Source of the DNA: Candidatus Dadabacteria bacterium
GTDB lineage: Bacteria > Desulfobacterota_D > UBA1144 > Nemesobacterales > CSP1-2
Assembly: GCA_040289575.1 (NCBI GenBank)
Contig: PSLL01000041.1
Coordinates: 1 to 18,693 of the forward strand
Direction of reading: 5' to 3'
DNA length: 18,693 nucleotides
Shown: positions 7,178 through 17,085 of the stretch, piece after piece
Layout: the number at the start of each line of letters is the position of its first letter
How positions within the stretch are numbered: position 1 is the stretch's first letter
Notes under the pieces: model-generated
Database searches by the model: none
Told to the model about the DNA's origin: nothing
Seen by the model: only the letters and a program-made list of their open reading frames with translations
Position numbers and translations under genes: made by a program

Positions 7178-8629
7178 CTAAAGCTTCATGGCAATATACA
7201 AAGTAACTTCCCCACGCCTTATGAGAAAAAGTGCGGTTTGTCCTTTTTTCAATGAACTTGCAGTGCTTTTATAATCCTCAGGGGTTGTGATCTTCTTTCT
7301 ATTTATCTCAAGTATTACGTCCCCGCTTTGGAATCCAGACTCATCGGCTAGACTTCCCGAATCCACTTTGGTTACTATAACGCCGCCTTCTTCAATCCCC
7401 AATCTGCCGGCAATCTCAGGTGTTAATTTCTCAACAGTAAGCCCCAATTTACCCTCTGAAATCTGCCCCTCTTCTGTATTTGAGCCTTTTGATGGGAGTG
7501 CCCCCAGTTTAACAGAGAAATCCTTTTCACTCCCGTCCCTCAACGCTTTAATCCTCACTTCTGTGCCCGGTCTGGTCATTGCAACTACCCTCGGAAGCTC
7601 TTCGGTATTCTCAATCTTGTGCCCGTTGAATTCCAAAATGATGTCTCCTCTTTTTATCCCTGCCTTATCCGCCGGACTGCCGCTTGATACATCACTTATG
7701 AGTGCACCTTTTACATCGGGCAGTTTCATTGACTCCGCAATCTCAGGGGTCAGTTCTTGAACCTGCACACCGAGCCATCCCCTTACAACCCTTCCGCCGC
7801 CTTTGAGCTGCTCTATTATATCCCTTGCGAGATTAATTGGTATTGCAAACCCTATTCCCTGTGCCCTCGCAAGTATTGCGCTTGTCACACCCACCACCTC
7901 TCCATTGAGATTAAAAAGAGGCCCGCCACTATTTCCGGGATTAATCGGGGCGTCTGTCTGTATATAGTCATCATAATCACCAAAGCCCAGAACCCTTCCC
8001 TTTGCACTAACTATACCGGCAGTAACTGTATGCCCAAGCCCAAATGGATTTCCTATAGCAATCACCCGGTCCCCGATCTGAAGCTTATCCGAGTCTCCCA
8101 GGGTCACCTTTGAGAGTCTTCTCTTAGGCTCTATCTTCAAGAGCGCGAGATCGGTTTTTGGGTCTGTTCCCACGACCTTGGTTTTGTATTTTTCCCCATC
8201 TTCGAGTACTACCTGAATGTCCTCCGCCTTTTCAACTACATGGTTATTCGTAATTATGTAGCCATCCTCACTTATAACGAATCCTGAACCGAGACCCTTT
8301 TGCCTAAACTCCCTTTGAGGAATGTCTCCAAGGAACCTCTTAAAGAACTCTTCAAAAGGGTCTTCCTCCCCACCGTATGGAGAAGGAAGTGAAAAGAATC
8401 CGGTATCATGGATTACACTGGTCGTGCTGATATTAACTACCGCGGGCTTCAGCCTCTTTACAAGCCCCGCAAAGGACGGAAGAGCAGGCGGCGATACCAC
8501 CACCTGTGGAGATTCTCCCTGCCCCTTGTTTTCATCCCTTTTTGCCTCTTCCTTTTTTTCCGATTTGGTGCAAGATACAAGAAGAATGATCACAAAGAGC
8601 AAAACCGCCAATTTTAAACCCCCTTTCAT
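7178..8629 (-). CDS. HtrA/DegP-DegQ family serine protease with two PDZ domains, probable lipoprotein
   Basis: GSGFVI, TNNHVV, TDLALLK and TDAPINPGNSGGPL motifs; lipobox LLVSC. Confidence 0.95.
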   Translation of the reverse strand: MKGGLKLAVLLFVIILLVSCTKSEKKEEAKRDENKGQGESPQVVVSPPALPSFAGLVKRLKPAVVNISTTSVIHDTGFFSLPSPYGGEEDPFEEFFKRFLGDIPQREFRQKGLGSGFVISEDGYIITNNHVVEKAEDIQVVLEDGEKYKTKVVGTDPKTDLALLKIEPKRRLSKVTLGDSDKLQIGDRVIAIGNPFGLGHTVTAGIVSAKGRVLGFGDYDDYIQTDAPINPGNSGGPLFNLNGEVVGVTSAILARAQGIGFAIPINLARDIIEQLKGGGRVVRGWLGVQVQELTPEIAESMKLPDVKGALISDVSSGSPADKAGIKRGDIILEFNGHKIENTEELPRVVAMTRPGTEVRIKALRDGSEKDFSVKLGALPSKGSNTEEGQISEGKLGLTVEKLTPEIAGRLGIEEGGVIVTKVDSGSLADESGFQSGDVILEINRKKITTPEDYKSTASSLKKGQTALFLIRRGEVTLYIAMKL

Positions 8630-8653
8630 TTACCAACCCTCCCGGTAGGTGGT

Positions 8654-8681
8654 ACCGATCATTCGTAGCCGAATCATCGGT
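8654..8681. promoter_or_regulatory. Imperfect hairpin/dyad upstream of the HtrA gene
   Basis: ACCGAT-C-ATTCG [TAGC] CGAAT-C-ATCGGT, 25-52 nt upstream of the start codon. Confidence 0.4.
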
Positions 8682-8816
8682 CTATTCATAGATAACCGCA
8701 TTAAGACAGACATATCAATCCGTCACTACCGTAAAAACTATCAGAATTATATGCGATGAACTACCAGCTTGTAGCCTCTAGATTATTATACCTAAGAAAT
8801 CCCAGTTCTCTCAGCC

Positions 8817-11315
8817 CTAGCTTCTCACCCACTCCTCTATCCTCTTTGTATACTCATTAATGAGAACCTGAACCTCTTTTTCGGACTTGGCCTCGGTGTA
8901 TAGATGAATAATGGACTTATACTGATCGGGAAACACAAGAATCCAAGAGCCGTCAAATGATATTTTTACACCATCAAGGAAGGTCGCCTTTTTACCAAGT
9001 GCCTCTTGAGATACCTTTCTCATCACCACCCCTTTTGATTCCCATCGGCAGGGGACAGTGGTATGGAGAAAATTGATTTTAGGAATCCCTTTTGAGATCT
9101 CAGAGAGCCTAACGCTCAGCTTTGCCATAATCTCAATAGTCTTTGCAATAGCAAACATCCCGTCGTAGGCAGTCTGAAATTCGGTAAATATAAACCTCCC
9201 ATCGGGAAAACTCACGACCTTTACATCCTTATCCCTTACAGACTCCGATAATGCCCTTATGCTGTTTTTGGTTCTCTTTATTTTAAATCCACTTTCTTCG
9301 GCGGCCTCTTCCAAATAAGAAGGGACAAAAAGAGGAACAGCAATGGCGCCGGAATCTTCGGATTTGAGAATTAGATGGAATAATAGAAGAAAGGAGTCCA
9401 TGTCTCTATAAATCTTTCCGGTTTCATCCACGATGTAGAGCCTCTCAGCCCAGGGGTCAATCCAGAACCCGGCAGTTGAATCCGTAACCTTCACGATGTC
9501 CGAAAGGAGCCTAAGCGCCCTATCTACATTTATCGCACCGCCGTGCTCTGTCGTGTAGGCATTGAGGCTTATCACTTCACATCCGAGCTCATTAAGAATC
9601 GACGGAAAATACTCAGAAGATGGACCGAATGAAAAATCAACCACAATCCTGAACCCTTTTTCCTTTATGCTCTCTCTTTTTATAACCTTTATAAACCCCT
9701 CCCTGTAGAAATCCACTATGCCGCTCAGGTCTGAGATTCTCCCAACCGCCCATTCCTCAACACGGCGGAAATCCTCACGCTGAAATATCCTCTCAAACGA
9801 TTTCTCAAACGATGTGGATGTCTCAAACCCGTTTGAATCATAAAAGAGTATTTCAGTTACCTCGGGGTTTTCGGGAGAGTATTTAAAGTAAGCCCCCCCT
9901 ACCTCACCAAATGTCTGGAGTTTATAACGAAGAATAGGAATGGGAATCGCCTTGAGATCCCTTGCATTCACGCCTGCGGAAAGAACCCCTGCAACAAAGG
10001 CACGCTTTATCATCCTCGGAGCCTTATGCGTGTCCCTCCCTACAAGAACCGATGAACCCCTCGGAAGAAAAGACGCGAATGCGGCGCCCAACTTTGCCGC
10101 AAATTCGGGGGTAAGCTCAAAATTTGAAAGTCCCTTAACCTTAGACTCTTCAAAAAGGCTTCTCTTCCACCTTTCACCCCATATAAGATTAGAAGACACT
10201 ACAGCACCCGGTTCGACCTCTTTACTGGGCCAGATTTTGACCCCGTCCTTGAGTGTTGCGCCGTCACCTATTGAACAGTTCTCCGAGACCACCACCCCGG
10301 GTTCGATCTTTACCTCCTTTCCGACTCTTACACTAGAGCATATAACGCCCCCTTCAATCTCAGAGTTTTCACCAATATATGTATTCCTCCAAAGTATGCT
10401 CTTTTGAATCTTTGTACCCTGATGTATTAGAGAGTGGTCGTCAATTATGGAATTCTTTATTCTTGCTTTTCCCTCTATCTTTACACCCTCTCCAATTATT
10501 ACAGTTCCCCCAAGCTCTGCATCCGGGGCAATATCCACATTATTTCCAAGCCAGATGTCCTTTCCGACTATATCGAGCCGCTTCCCCGAACCCTTTACCC
10601 TCAACCTTCCGGCCAATATATCCATGTTTGCTTCCCAATATGAAGTGGCATCCCCCACATCGCGCCAGTATCCGCGAAGCGGGAATCCGAATATCGGTTT
10701 CCCATCACTGAGAAGCCTTGGAAATAGATCATGACTAAAATCAAAGATCTGCCTCCCCGGAATTGAATCGAGGACCGTGGTATCCATCACATAGATCCCG
10801 GCATTTACTGAATCGCTAAAGACCTCACCCCAGCCGGGTTTTTCAAGGAATTTTACGACCCTTCCATCGCTGTCTGTGATTACTATTCCAAATTGCAGAG
10901 GGTCTTTTACAGATGTAAGCCCAATTGTGGCCATGGCCTTATTATTCTTATGAAAATCTATAAAGCTCGTTAAATCCACGTCCGTAAGAAGGTCTCCGCT
11001 TATTATGAGAAATGATTCCTCGCCCTTGAGGTAGTCCGATGCAAATTTTACGGCCCCTGCGGTTCCGTAATCTTCGGGCGGAATTATATAGTGTATCTTT
11101 ACCTCGAATCCGCTTCCATCGCCGAAATAGCTCCTTATTACCTCAGGTTGAAAGTAGAGCAGGAATATGAGTTCGGTAATTTCGTGATTCTTCAGGAGGT
11201 TTAATACGTGCTCAAGTATGGGCTTTCTGGCAAGGGGAAGCATGGGTTTTGGAAGCGAATAGGTAAGGGGTTTTATTCTTGTTCCGAAGCCCCCCGCTAG
11301 GACTACTGCCTTCAT
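8817..11315 (-). CDS. Mannose-1-phosphate guanylyltransferase-like NTP transferase with hexapeptide repeats, fused to a phosphomannomutase-like domain
   Basis: LAGGFGTRIKPLT, PKPM, GTAGAVK, SGDLLTD, FLEKP and YWRDVG motifs; left-handed beta-helix repeats; C-terminal PGM/PMM fold (GRD, DGVKI). Confidence 0.9.
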   Translation of the reverse strand: MKAVVLAGGFGTRIKPLTYSLPKPMLPLARKPILEHVLNLLKNHEITELIFLLYFQPEVIRSYFGDGSGFEVKIHYIIPPEDYGTAGAVKFASDYLKGEESFLIISGDLLTDVDLTSFIDFHKNNKAMATIGLTSVKDPLQFGIVITDSDGRVVKFLEKPGWGEVFSDSVNAGIYVMDTTVLDSIPGRQIFDFSHDLFPRLLSDGKPIFGFPLRGYWRDVGDATSYWEANMDILAGRLRVKGSGKRLDIVGKDIWLGNNVDIAPDAELGGTVIIGEGVKIEGKARIKNSIIDDHSLIHQGTKIQKSILWRNTYIGENSEIEGGVICSSVRVGKEVKIEPGVVVSENCSIGDGATLKDGVKIWPSKEVEPGAVVSSNLIWGERWKRSLFEESKVKGLSNFELTPEFAAKLGAAFASFLPRGSSVLVGRDTHKAPRMIKRAFVAGVLSAGVNARDLKAIPIPILRYKLQTFGEVGGAYFKYSPENPEVTEILFYDSNGFETSTSFEKSFERIFQREDFRRVEEWAVGRISDLSGIVDFYREGFIKVIKRESIKEKGFRIVVDFSFGPSSEYFPSILNELGCEVISLNAYTTEHGGAINVDRALRLLSDIVKVTDSTAGFWIDPWAERLYIVDETGKIYRDMDSFLLLFHLILKSEDSGAIAVPLFVPSYLEEAAEESGFKIKRTKNSIRALSESVRDKDVKVVSFPDGRFIFTEFQTAYDGMFAIAKTIEIMAKLSVRLSEISKGIPKINFLHTTVPCRWESKGVVMRKVSQEALGKKATFLDGVKISFDGSWILVFPDQYKSIIHLYTEAKSEKEVQVLINEYTKRIEEWVRS

Positions 11316-11680
11316 TTGGACTCTCCTTTTTTATTTAAGACTCTGTTTACCTCCCTCAGCAACTCCTCGGGATCGCTTGACTTTACAATATAGCTCTCCG
11401 CAAGCCAAGATGTATAATCATTCTGGAAAGATACATAAGCCGAACACAAGACCACCGGAAGCTCAGGAAATTCATTTGCTATTCTCTGGAGCACATCAAG
11501 CCCACTCTCAGACCTGAGCTTTATATCTAGGACAACCAGATCAACGGGTTCATGCCTGAGTATATCAAATGTCTCTTTTGAGGATTCAGCCTCTAGAACC
11601 TCGTATCCCCCATCGCTTAGCATCTCTTTATATACAAGCCTTACATTCGGTTCATCATCAACTAATAAGACTCTGTTCAT
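11312..11680 (-). CDS. Single-domain CheY-like response regulator
   Basis: LLVDDE, phosphoacceptor in VVLDIKL, CSA and YIVKS; overlaps both neighbouring genes. Confidence 0.93.
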   Translation of the reverse strand: MNRVLLVDDEPNVRLVYKEMLSDGGYEVLEAESSKETFDILRHEPVDLVVLDIKLRSESGLDVLQRIANEFPELPVVLCSAYVSFQNDYTSWLAESYIVKSSDPEELLREVNRVLNKKGESK

Positions 11681-13373
11681 AACCTACCTCTACTTTTTCT
11701 CCGCTTAGATTCCAATCTACAGTCGGGATTTTTATGGTTACGCTGCAGCCCTTTTCCCTCTCGCACGAGACGACTATGTGGCCACCCATATTCTCAATTA
11801 TCTCCTTCGACGTATATAGACCCAAACCGCTTCCCAGGGTCTTTGTTGTAAAAAAGGGTTTAAAGAGATTCTTCATCACATCATCCGGAATGCCAGGACC
11901 GGTGTCCCTTATATTCACAGAAATAAATCCGTCTTGTGCCATTGTCTCTATGAAAAGCTCGCCCCCCTCAGGCATCGCTTCAATAGAGTTATTCACTATG
12001 TTTTCAATACAGTTATAAAGCTGATATTGATTCGCGAAAACTGGGGAAAGGCTTTCCCCAAGTTTGAGATGTAAATCCACGCCCTGAAGCCTTCCCTTCG
12101 CTCTCTTTTCTTGATAGAGCAGTTCAATCACCTTGTTTACATCTATATAGGATTTATCCGACATATATTTAGTCTTAACTAGGTTCACAAAATCTTTAAG
12201 TGTCTCTTCAAGCTTAATAGCCTCTTCAAGTATGGCATCTGTATACTTCGCAGCAGGCGATCCGGGTTCGGTTTTTTTTCTTAAGACCTTTGCAAGTCCC
12301 GCAACCGCAATTACCGGATTCTTAAAGGAATGGGTCAACTGAAGCACCATCTCGCCAATTGAAGCTTCTTCCCTGAGCTTCATTATGAGTTCTTGATGCT
12401 CCTTTAGTTTAACATTTGCCTCTTCAAGCGTCTCAACCTTCTCTTCCAATTCCTCATAAGTTAATCCCCTCTCAAGGGCAAGCGAAATCTCCGTAGCAAA
12501 GAGCTCTATTGCCTTTAATTCTTCTTCCAATACCTCTCTCCTTGTAAGGAAATTATCCAGCAGTATTGCTCCAAGAGGACGCTTCAGATGTGAAAATAGT
12601 GGGACTATCCAGAATGGGGTGTCACGGTAGAAATTACGCAGTGCTCCGGGCACATCATCCTCAGGCGAAACCCTGAGCATCACGTCCGGCGGGTAGAAGT
12701 CTCGGAATGTGTTAATATCATCGGGGGCAACCCCGAGAACCACGCCGGTTTTGAAAACCCTTTTAAACACGCCCTCATTTATGTCGAATTCCATTTGCCT
12801 AAGAACCTCACCGAATTTCTCCTTCTCCTTTTTGAATATATCGGGAGAAAACCTAAAAAGGTCCGGTAGGGTGAGGTTCTTTTCCGAAATTTCCCTCCAT
12901 ATGGCGAAAGCCTCTTCGGGGCTTTTGGGGCCCAGCGCAAAGTATCCGCGAAGCTTTCTATTCTGAGAAAGAAGCACAATGGCACGATTGAAACCAAAAC
13001 TACTTCCAGATGTAAATGCCACAAGACCTTTATAGAGTATCTCATCTATATCGAGCACAAGCTTAAGCGATGTTGAGAGATGCACCAGCATATCGAACAT
13101 CTCTTCTTTAATCTTAATAGAGCTTCCGTATTTTTTTAGTTTCTGCTCCCTCTTTACGAGTTCATCAAGAATTACCGGAAACGCTTCAAACATAGAGCCT
13201 TTCTCTTCTGCAATCGCCTTTAGATCACCCCTTAGCTCTTGGCACTCGATGCACTTTTCTCCGATGCGCTTTTTAATGTCCCCCAGAAGATACTCCTCTC
13301 CCGGTTTAATATATGGGCATACCGAAGGGTCGTCTTTAATTGTCCAACAGTACCTTTCTCCAAATTTAGCCAT
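11658..13373 (-). CDS. Cytoplasmic GAF-domain sensor histidine kinase
   Basis: H-box LTHSFKNPV, N-box NIVNNSIEAM, G1 DTGPGI, F-box FKPFFTTK, G2 GSGLGL; GAF-like region (FNRAIVLL...PLGAILLDN); no TM segment. Confidence 0.92.
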   Translation of the reverse strand: MAKFGERYCWTIKDDPSVCPYIKPGEEYLLGDIKKRIGEKCIECQELRGDLKAIAEEKGSMFEAFPVILDELVKREQKLKKYGSSIKIKEEMFDMLVHLSTSLKLVLDIDEILYKGLVAFTSGSSFGFNRAIVLLSQNRKLRGYFALGPKSPEEAFAIWREISEKNLTLPDLFRFSPDIFKKEKEKFGEVLRQMEFDINEGVFKRVFKTGVVLGVAPDDINTFRDFYPPDVMLRVSPEDDVPGALRNFYRDTPFWIVPLFSHLKRPLGAILLDNFLTRREVLEEELKAIELFATEISLALERGLTYEELEEKVETLEEANVKLKEHQELIMKLREEASIGEMVLQLTHSFKNPVIAVAGLAKVLRKKTEPGSPAAKYTDAILEEAIKLEETLKDFVNLVKTKYMSDKSYIDVNKVIELLYQEKRAKGRLQGVDLHLKLGESLSPVFANQYQLYNCIENIVNNSIEAMPEGGELFIETMAQDGFISVNIRDTGPGIPDDVMKNLFKPFFTTKTLGSGLGLYTSKEIIENMGGHIVVSCEREKGCSVTIKIPTVDWNLSGEKVEVGYEQSLIS

Positions 13374-13615
13374 ATATACTAAAATCCTCCAATTACATTG
13401 GTTTGATTACCAGTGCAACCACAGGAACTCACATCTCAAGATAATGGGTAAACCCAATCGCAATCCGCTCTAGTGCGAGAAATAGTAATATTAAGGTTAT
13501 CACCGCATATAAAGCGAATCAAATCTTTTTAATCTATAAGTTGATTTCGATTCAAATATCATAGAAGTTATATGAACCCGGGCTCTACGTTCCATCCAAT
13601 GTAGACAGTTAAGGT

Positions 13616-13993
13616 TCAATTCCTAAATAAAACCCACAACCTCTTTTTGCTCCACACTCCCCAGCTAGGAATCAATAAAATAAATCTTCCAGAGAATTTT
13701 TCACACCGGGCTATAAATACAATCTTTGATCTACTCTTCCACTCAATTCTATAGACTCCGCTATCTAAAACCTCTACCTCTCCTATCCCATATCCATCGC
13801 CTATAATTGCCCCAGAGCAGACAAACCCAAGCCCACGGTCGCTGTCCTCTATTGCGAGCCTCTTTTCATACTCAATAGGGAAACCTTTAGGGAGGATCCA
13901 TGACCTTATAATCTCCCCCATCTCAAGCCTCAGGTCGTAATGAGGATAGGGCGTTTTATGTCTTTGAATGATAATTCTATGAGTTCCATTCAT
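13616..13993 (-). CDS. Stand-alone LigD 3'-phosphoesterase (PE)-domain protein, partly degenerate
   Basis: QRH...HYDLRLE...RSWILPKG...KRLAI...[13 protein letters not shown] matches the PE family; start overlaps the coaX stop. Confidence 0.8.
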   Translation of the reverse strand: MNGTHRIIIQRHKTPYPHYDLRLEMGEIIRSWILPKGFPIEYEKRLAIEDSDRGLGFVCSGAIIGDGYGIGEVEVLDSGVYRIEWKSRSKIVFIARCEKFSGRFILLIPSWGVWSKKRLWVLFRN

Positions 13994-14741
13994 AAATGAG
14001 TCTAAGCCCTTTTAGTGTGAGGAATTCATCTACCTCTTCTATGGTCTTGCTCTCAGGTGTGATGAGGTTTGCAAGCCCTCCTGTGGCAATCACCTTTGGA
14101 TTCGTGCCCATCTCCTTTTGGATTCTCCATACAATCCCATCTACAAGCCCCGCGTATCCATAGACAAGTCCAGATTGGATACTGTGGACTGTGGTTCTCC
14201 CTATCACCATTTTGGGCCTTATAATCTCAACCTTCGGGAGCTTTGATGCCGCCTCAAAAAGGGCTTCGGCAGATATGATAAGCCCAGGAGCAATGGCACC
14301 ACCTAGGTATTCGCCCCTTTCGGATATGCAATCAAATGTTGTAGCCGTGCCAAAGTCCACAATTATGACGCTCTTTTTATATCTATCAAAAGCAGCCACT
14401 GCATTTACAATCCTGTCAGCTCCCACCTCCTGGGGATTCTTATAGAGTATAGGCATACCGGTTTTTATTCCGGGCTCTATAATAAGCGGATTTACGTTGA
14501 AATAAGACTTGAGCATATAATTCAAGGTTCCAAGAAGGGGAGGAACGACACATGAGATTGCGGCGCCTTTAATCAGTTTTATGCTGATTCCCTTTACATC
14601 AAATAGGTTTCTAAAAAGAACGCCGTATTCATCCGATGTCTTAGCCCTATCGGTTCCAATCCTCCAGTGGCTTACAATCTCTTTTCCCTCGAATATTCCG
14701 AATACAATGTTCGTGTTTCCGACATCTATTGCAAGAAGCAT
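13977..14741 (-). CDS. coaX: Type III pantothenate kinase
   Basis: [30 protein letters not shown] and ATGG motifs. ATG 14741 follows a GGAGAGGG SD. Confidence 0.96.
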   Translation of the reverse strand: MLLAIDVGNTNIVFGIFEGKEIVSHWRIGTDRAKTSDEYGVLFRNLFDVKGISIKLIKGAAISCVVPPLLGTLNYMLKSYFNVNPLIIEPGIKTGMPILYKNPQEVGADRIVNAVAAFDRYKKSVIIVDFGTATTFDCISERGEYLGGAIAPGLIISAEALFEAASKLPKVEIIRPKMVIGRTTVHSIQSGLVYGYAGLVDGIVWRIQKEMGTNPKVIATGGLANLITPESKTIEEVDEFLTLKGLRLIYEWNS

Positions 14742-14759
14742 GGTTTCCCTCTCCAATTT

Positions 14760-17006
14760 TTATCTAAGCCCCCATCTTCTAGAGAACAGCCATTCAAGAG
14801 AAAGAAAAGCCAAAAGAGCCATGAAAAACCAGGGCCTATCCCATATTTGAACAGTCCTATAACCCACAATTACCTTTCTAGGGGAGAAATCAATTCCGAG
14901 TTTCTTAGGGTCGTCTTTAACTGTAACAAAACGACCACCCGTCCTCTCTGAAATCATCCTAAGTAGGCCCTCATCCGTAGTGGGACTCCTGAGCTCATTC
15001 TCCGGGGGCTCAACGAGAAACCCTATCTCATCGCTATTTATATCCTCTTCGGTACTAAAATCCCCGCCTTCGGACTTAACCTTTACTCTGTAAACCCCGT
15101 ATTGTTCCGCCTCTATTCCAGCACTGAGCCTATCTACGTCCGTTTTTTCAAGACTCAGTCCCCTTTGTGTGCCGTCCGGAAGTACAACAGAGGCCTCGAT
15201 TTTTTCCTCTGTGTTTCCATAATTAGCCACACGTACATCCACCTTTGTGTTCTCCCCAATGGCATACAGAGCCTTATCTGTCTTTACTCTTACGTCCTTC
15301 AACTCCGGGTCGTTTATCAACCACAAGATCAGTCGGTTCCAGAACTCCTGATAATAAGGCGATACATCCCCCTGCCCTGCGCGAACAAAATTCCATTTCC
15401 ATGAAGAATCTGCAAGAAACGCAGCAACCCTTCCAGATTTGACCCGACTGAGTGTCAAAACTGGCTCTCCATTCGGTGCCTCAAGTAAGGAAAGAACGTG
15501 GGGTTTTAACCCTTCAACCCTATTGAAACCATCAAGCTCAGGCATCCCCTTCCAGTAGTCTTCATTCTCCTTTTCATCGGGAATAATCCTCATAACCGGA
15601 TGACGGGTTCCAATTGGGGTAAGTTTGGCGCGGAACTTCTCAGTAGTAAATGTCTCCTCAATCCTCGGTGGGATTGAGCTAAGCTCTACGGGAAGGATTT
15701 CAGAGAGTGGAGTTCCGCCATAGCTTCCGCTATCAAAACTCTTGTCACCCCCTATCATAAGAAATGACCCGCCTCCCTCTACGTAGTCCCTCAGCTTCTC
15801 AAGGTGAAAGCCATAGATTCCATAGGGTCGAAAGTCAAAATTCTGGAATATTACGACATCAAATGTTCCAAGTTCAGTCCCAAAAAGCTCATCAACGGGA
15901 AATGGAATAAGGCTCAATTCGTTTTGAGGGGCAAATACAAGATCAGAGGCACTCCTCAGTATGAAAAACGCAACGAGGTCAATGCTTGGGTTTTTCTTGA
16001 GAGCCTTTCTTAAAAACCTCACATCCCATGACGGACTTCCAGCCACATGTAGCACGCGGATCCTGTTAACTATAACGTCTATCGCAAATGACTTTTGGTT
16101 GTTCTCCTTTATCAACTCGCCCGCAGATACAGGAATAGAGACCGTATAAATCTTCCTCCCAAGTGATGTCGGCGTAATCACAAACTCTACCTTCTTTTCC
16201 TCCCCGGGGTCTATAGAAATCCCCTGAGTCGAAATAACATTGTCCCCCTCTTTTAGGGTTACAGGAAGATTAGACGCTTTAAACCCGTCGGATTTAATCA
16301 TAACATCTACTGAAACGGGGTATCTCAGAAACGCAACCTCACTTGCCTTTACACTGTCAATCCATATATCTCGGATCTTGTCATCTGAAGTGCCAACCGT
16401 ATTTATATGAAAATCAATATTCTTTAGTAACTCATCGGCGTCTCTTCTCATTGTGCCGTTGTCGGCACCATCTGAAAAGAGGATAACTGAGCTAAGCTCA
16501 CCAGGACGATAATTACTTTCCAATTCCTTGATGGCCTCTCCAATATCTGTACCCCCGCCGGTCGGCTCGTCTGCATATATAGAATCCAATGAGACAGGCT
16601 TCAAGGATTTATCAAATACGTAATAGTTAACAATAAAATCCCTTTCAACCTTCGAGAAGAAGTCACTGTGTTTTTGAAAGAAATTCCTTACAGCCCTGAT
16701 CCTTGAGATTCCTGACTCATCCTCAGGAAGGCTCATGCTCCATGAGCGATCAACGAGGATTGCAAGGTGGGGTTTTTCCTCTCTATATTGCTCAACCCTC
16801 AGCGCCGGATTTAGGAGTATGAAGACTATAAGTAAAAACGACACGACCCTAAGAGAAATGAGAACAGCTCTCTTTTTTGACACCCTTATTCTTTTAGTAT
16901 TCCTCAAAGCGCAGTAAAGAACGACGGAGAATAGAATTAGGATTAAAGTCCAACCCAGGACTCCGGGCTGATTTAGAAAAATAAACCTCTCAACCTCGTG
17001 GGACAT
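14760..17006 (-). CDS. Membrane-anchored VWA plus GATase1-like (DUF1355-type) protein
   Basis: N-terminal TMs with LRxxS...LLNP; MIDAS DRSWSM...GTD...FSDG; GATase-like GGSFLMIGG; C-terminal LSLEWLFSRRWGL. The likely start is ATG 17006 (MSHEV) rather than GTG 17123, which lies inside the RAYT remnant. Confidence 0.8.
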   Translation of the reverse strand: MSHEVERFIFLNQPGVLGWTLILILFSVVLYCALRNTKRIRVSKKRAVLISLRVVSFLLIVFILLNPALRVEQYREEKPHLAILVDRSWSMSLPEDESGISRIRAVRNFFQKHSDFFSKVERDFIVNYYVFDKSLKPVSLDSIYADEPTGGGTDIGEAIKELESNYRPGELSSVILFSDGADNGTMRRDADELLKNIDFHINTVGTSDDKIRDIWIDSVKASEVAFLRYPVSVDVMIKSDGFKASNLPVTLKEGDNVISTQGISIDPGEEKKVEFVITPTSLGRKIYTVSIPVSAGELIKENNQKSFAIDVIVNRIRVLHVAGSPSWDVRFLRKALKKNPSIDLVAFFILRSASDLVFAPQNELSLIPFPVDELFGTELGTFDVVIFQNFDFRPYGIYGFHLEKLRDYVEGGGSFLMIGGDKSFDSGSYGGTPLSEILPVELSSIPPRIEETFTTEKFRAKLTPIGTRHPVMRIIPDEKENEDYWKGMPELDGFNRVEGLKPHVLSLLEAPNGEPVLTLSRVKSGRVAAFLADSSWKWNFVRAGQGDVSPYYQEFWNRLILWLINDPELKDVRVKTDKALYAIGENTKVDVRVANYGNTEEKIEASVVLPDGTQRGLSLEKTDVDRLSAGIEAEQYGVYRVKVKSEGGDFSTEEDINSDEIGFLVEPPENELRSPTTDEGLLRMISERTGGRFVTVKDDPKKLGIDFSPRKVIVGYRTVQIWDRPWFFMALLAFLSLEWLFSRRWGLR

Positions 17007-17018
17007 CAGATTTAATCT
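16991..17018 (-). repeat. Left copy of a perfect 28-bp inverted repeat
   Basis: Reverse complement is AGATTAAATCTGATGTCCCACGAGGTTG, identical to 17879-17906. Confidence 0.95.
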
Positions 17019-17085
17019 ACCACAGAAAAGCACTGTTTTTGAATCCCTTGATTTAAGAACCAAAAAGTAGTCTAATAAAGGTAAA

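Noticed and set aside
13374..13615. Intergenic region with weak dyads, considered as a possible ncRNA or terminator
   Set aside because: Stems are short or imperfect, with no U-tract or known RNA motif.
82..16917. Many 60-157 aa ORFs antisense to or out of frame within the main genes (e.g. 7287-7760, 9940-10407, 4745-5098)
   Set aside because: Shadow frames of well-supported genes with no recognisable motifs.
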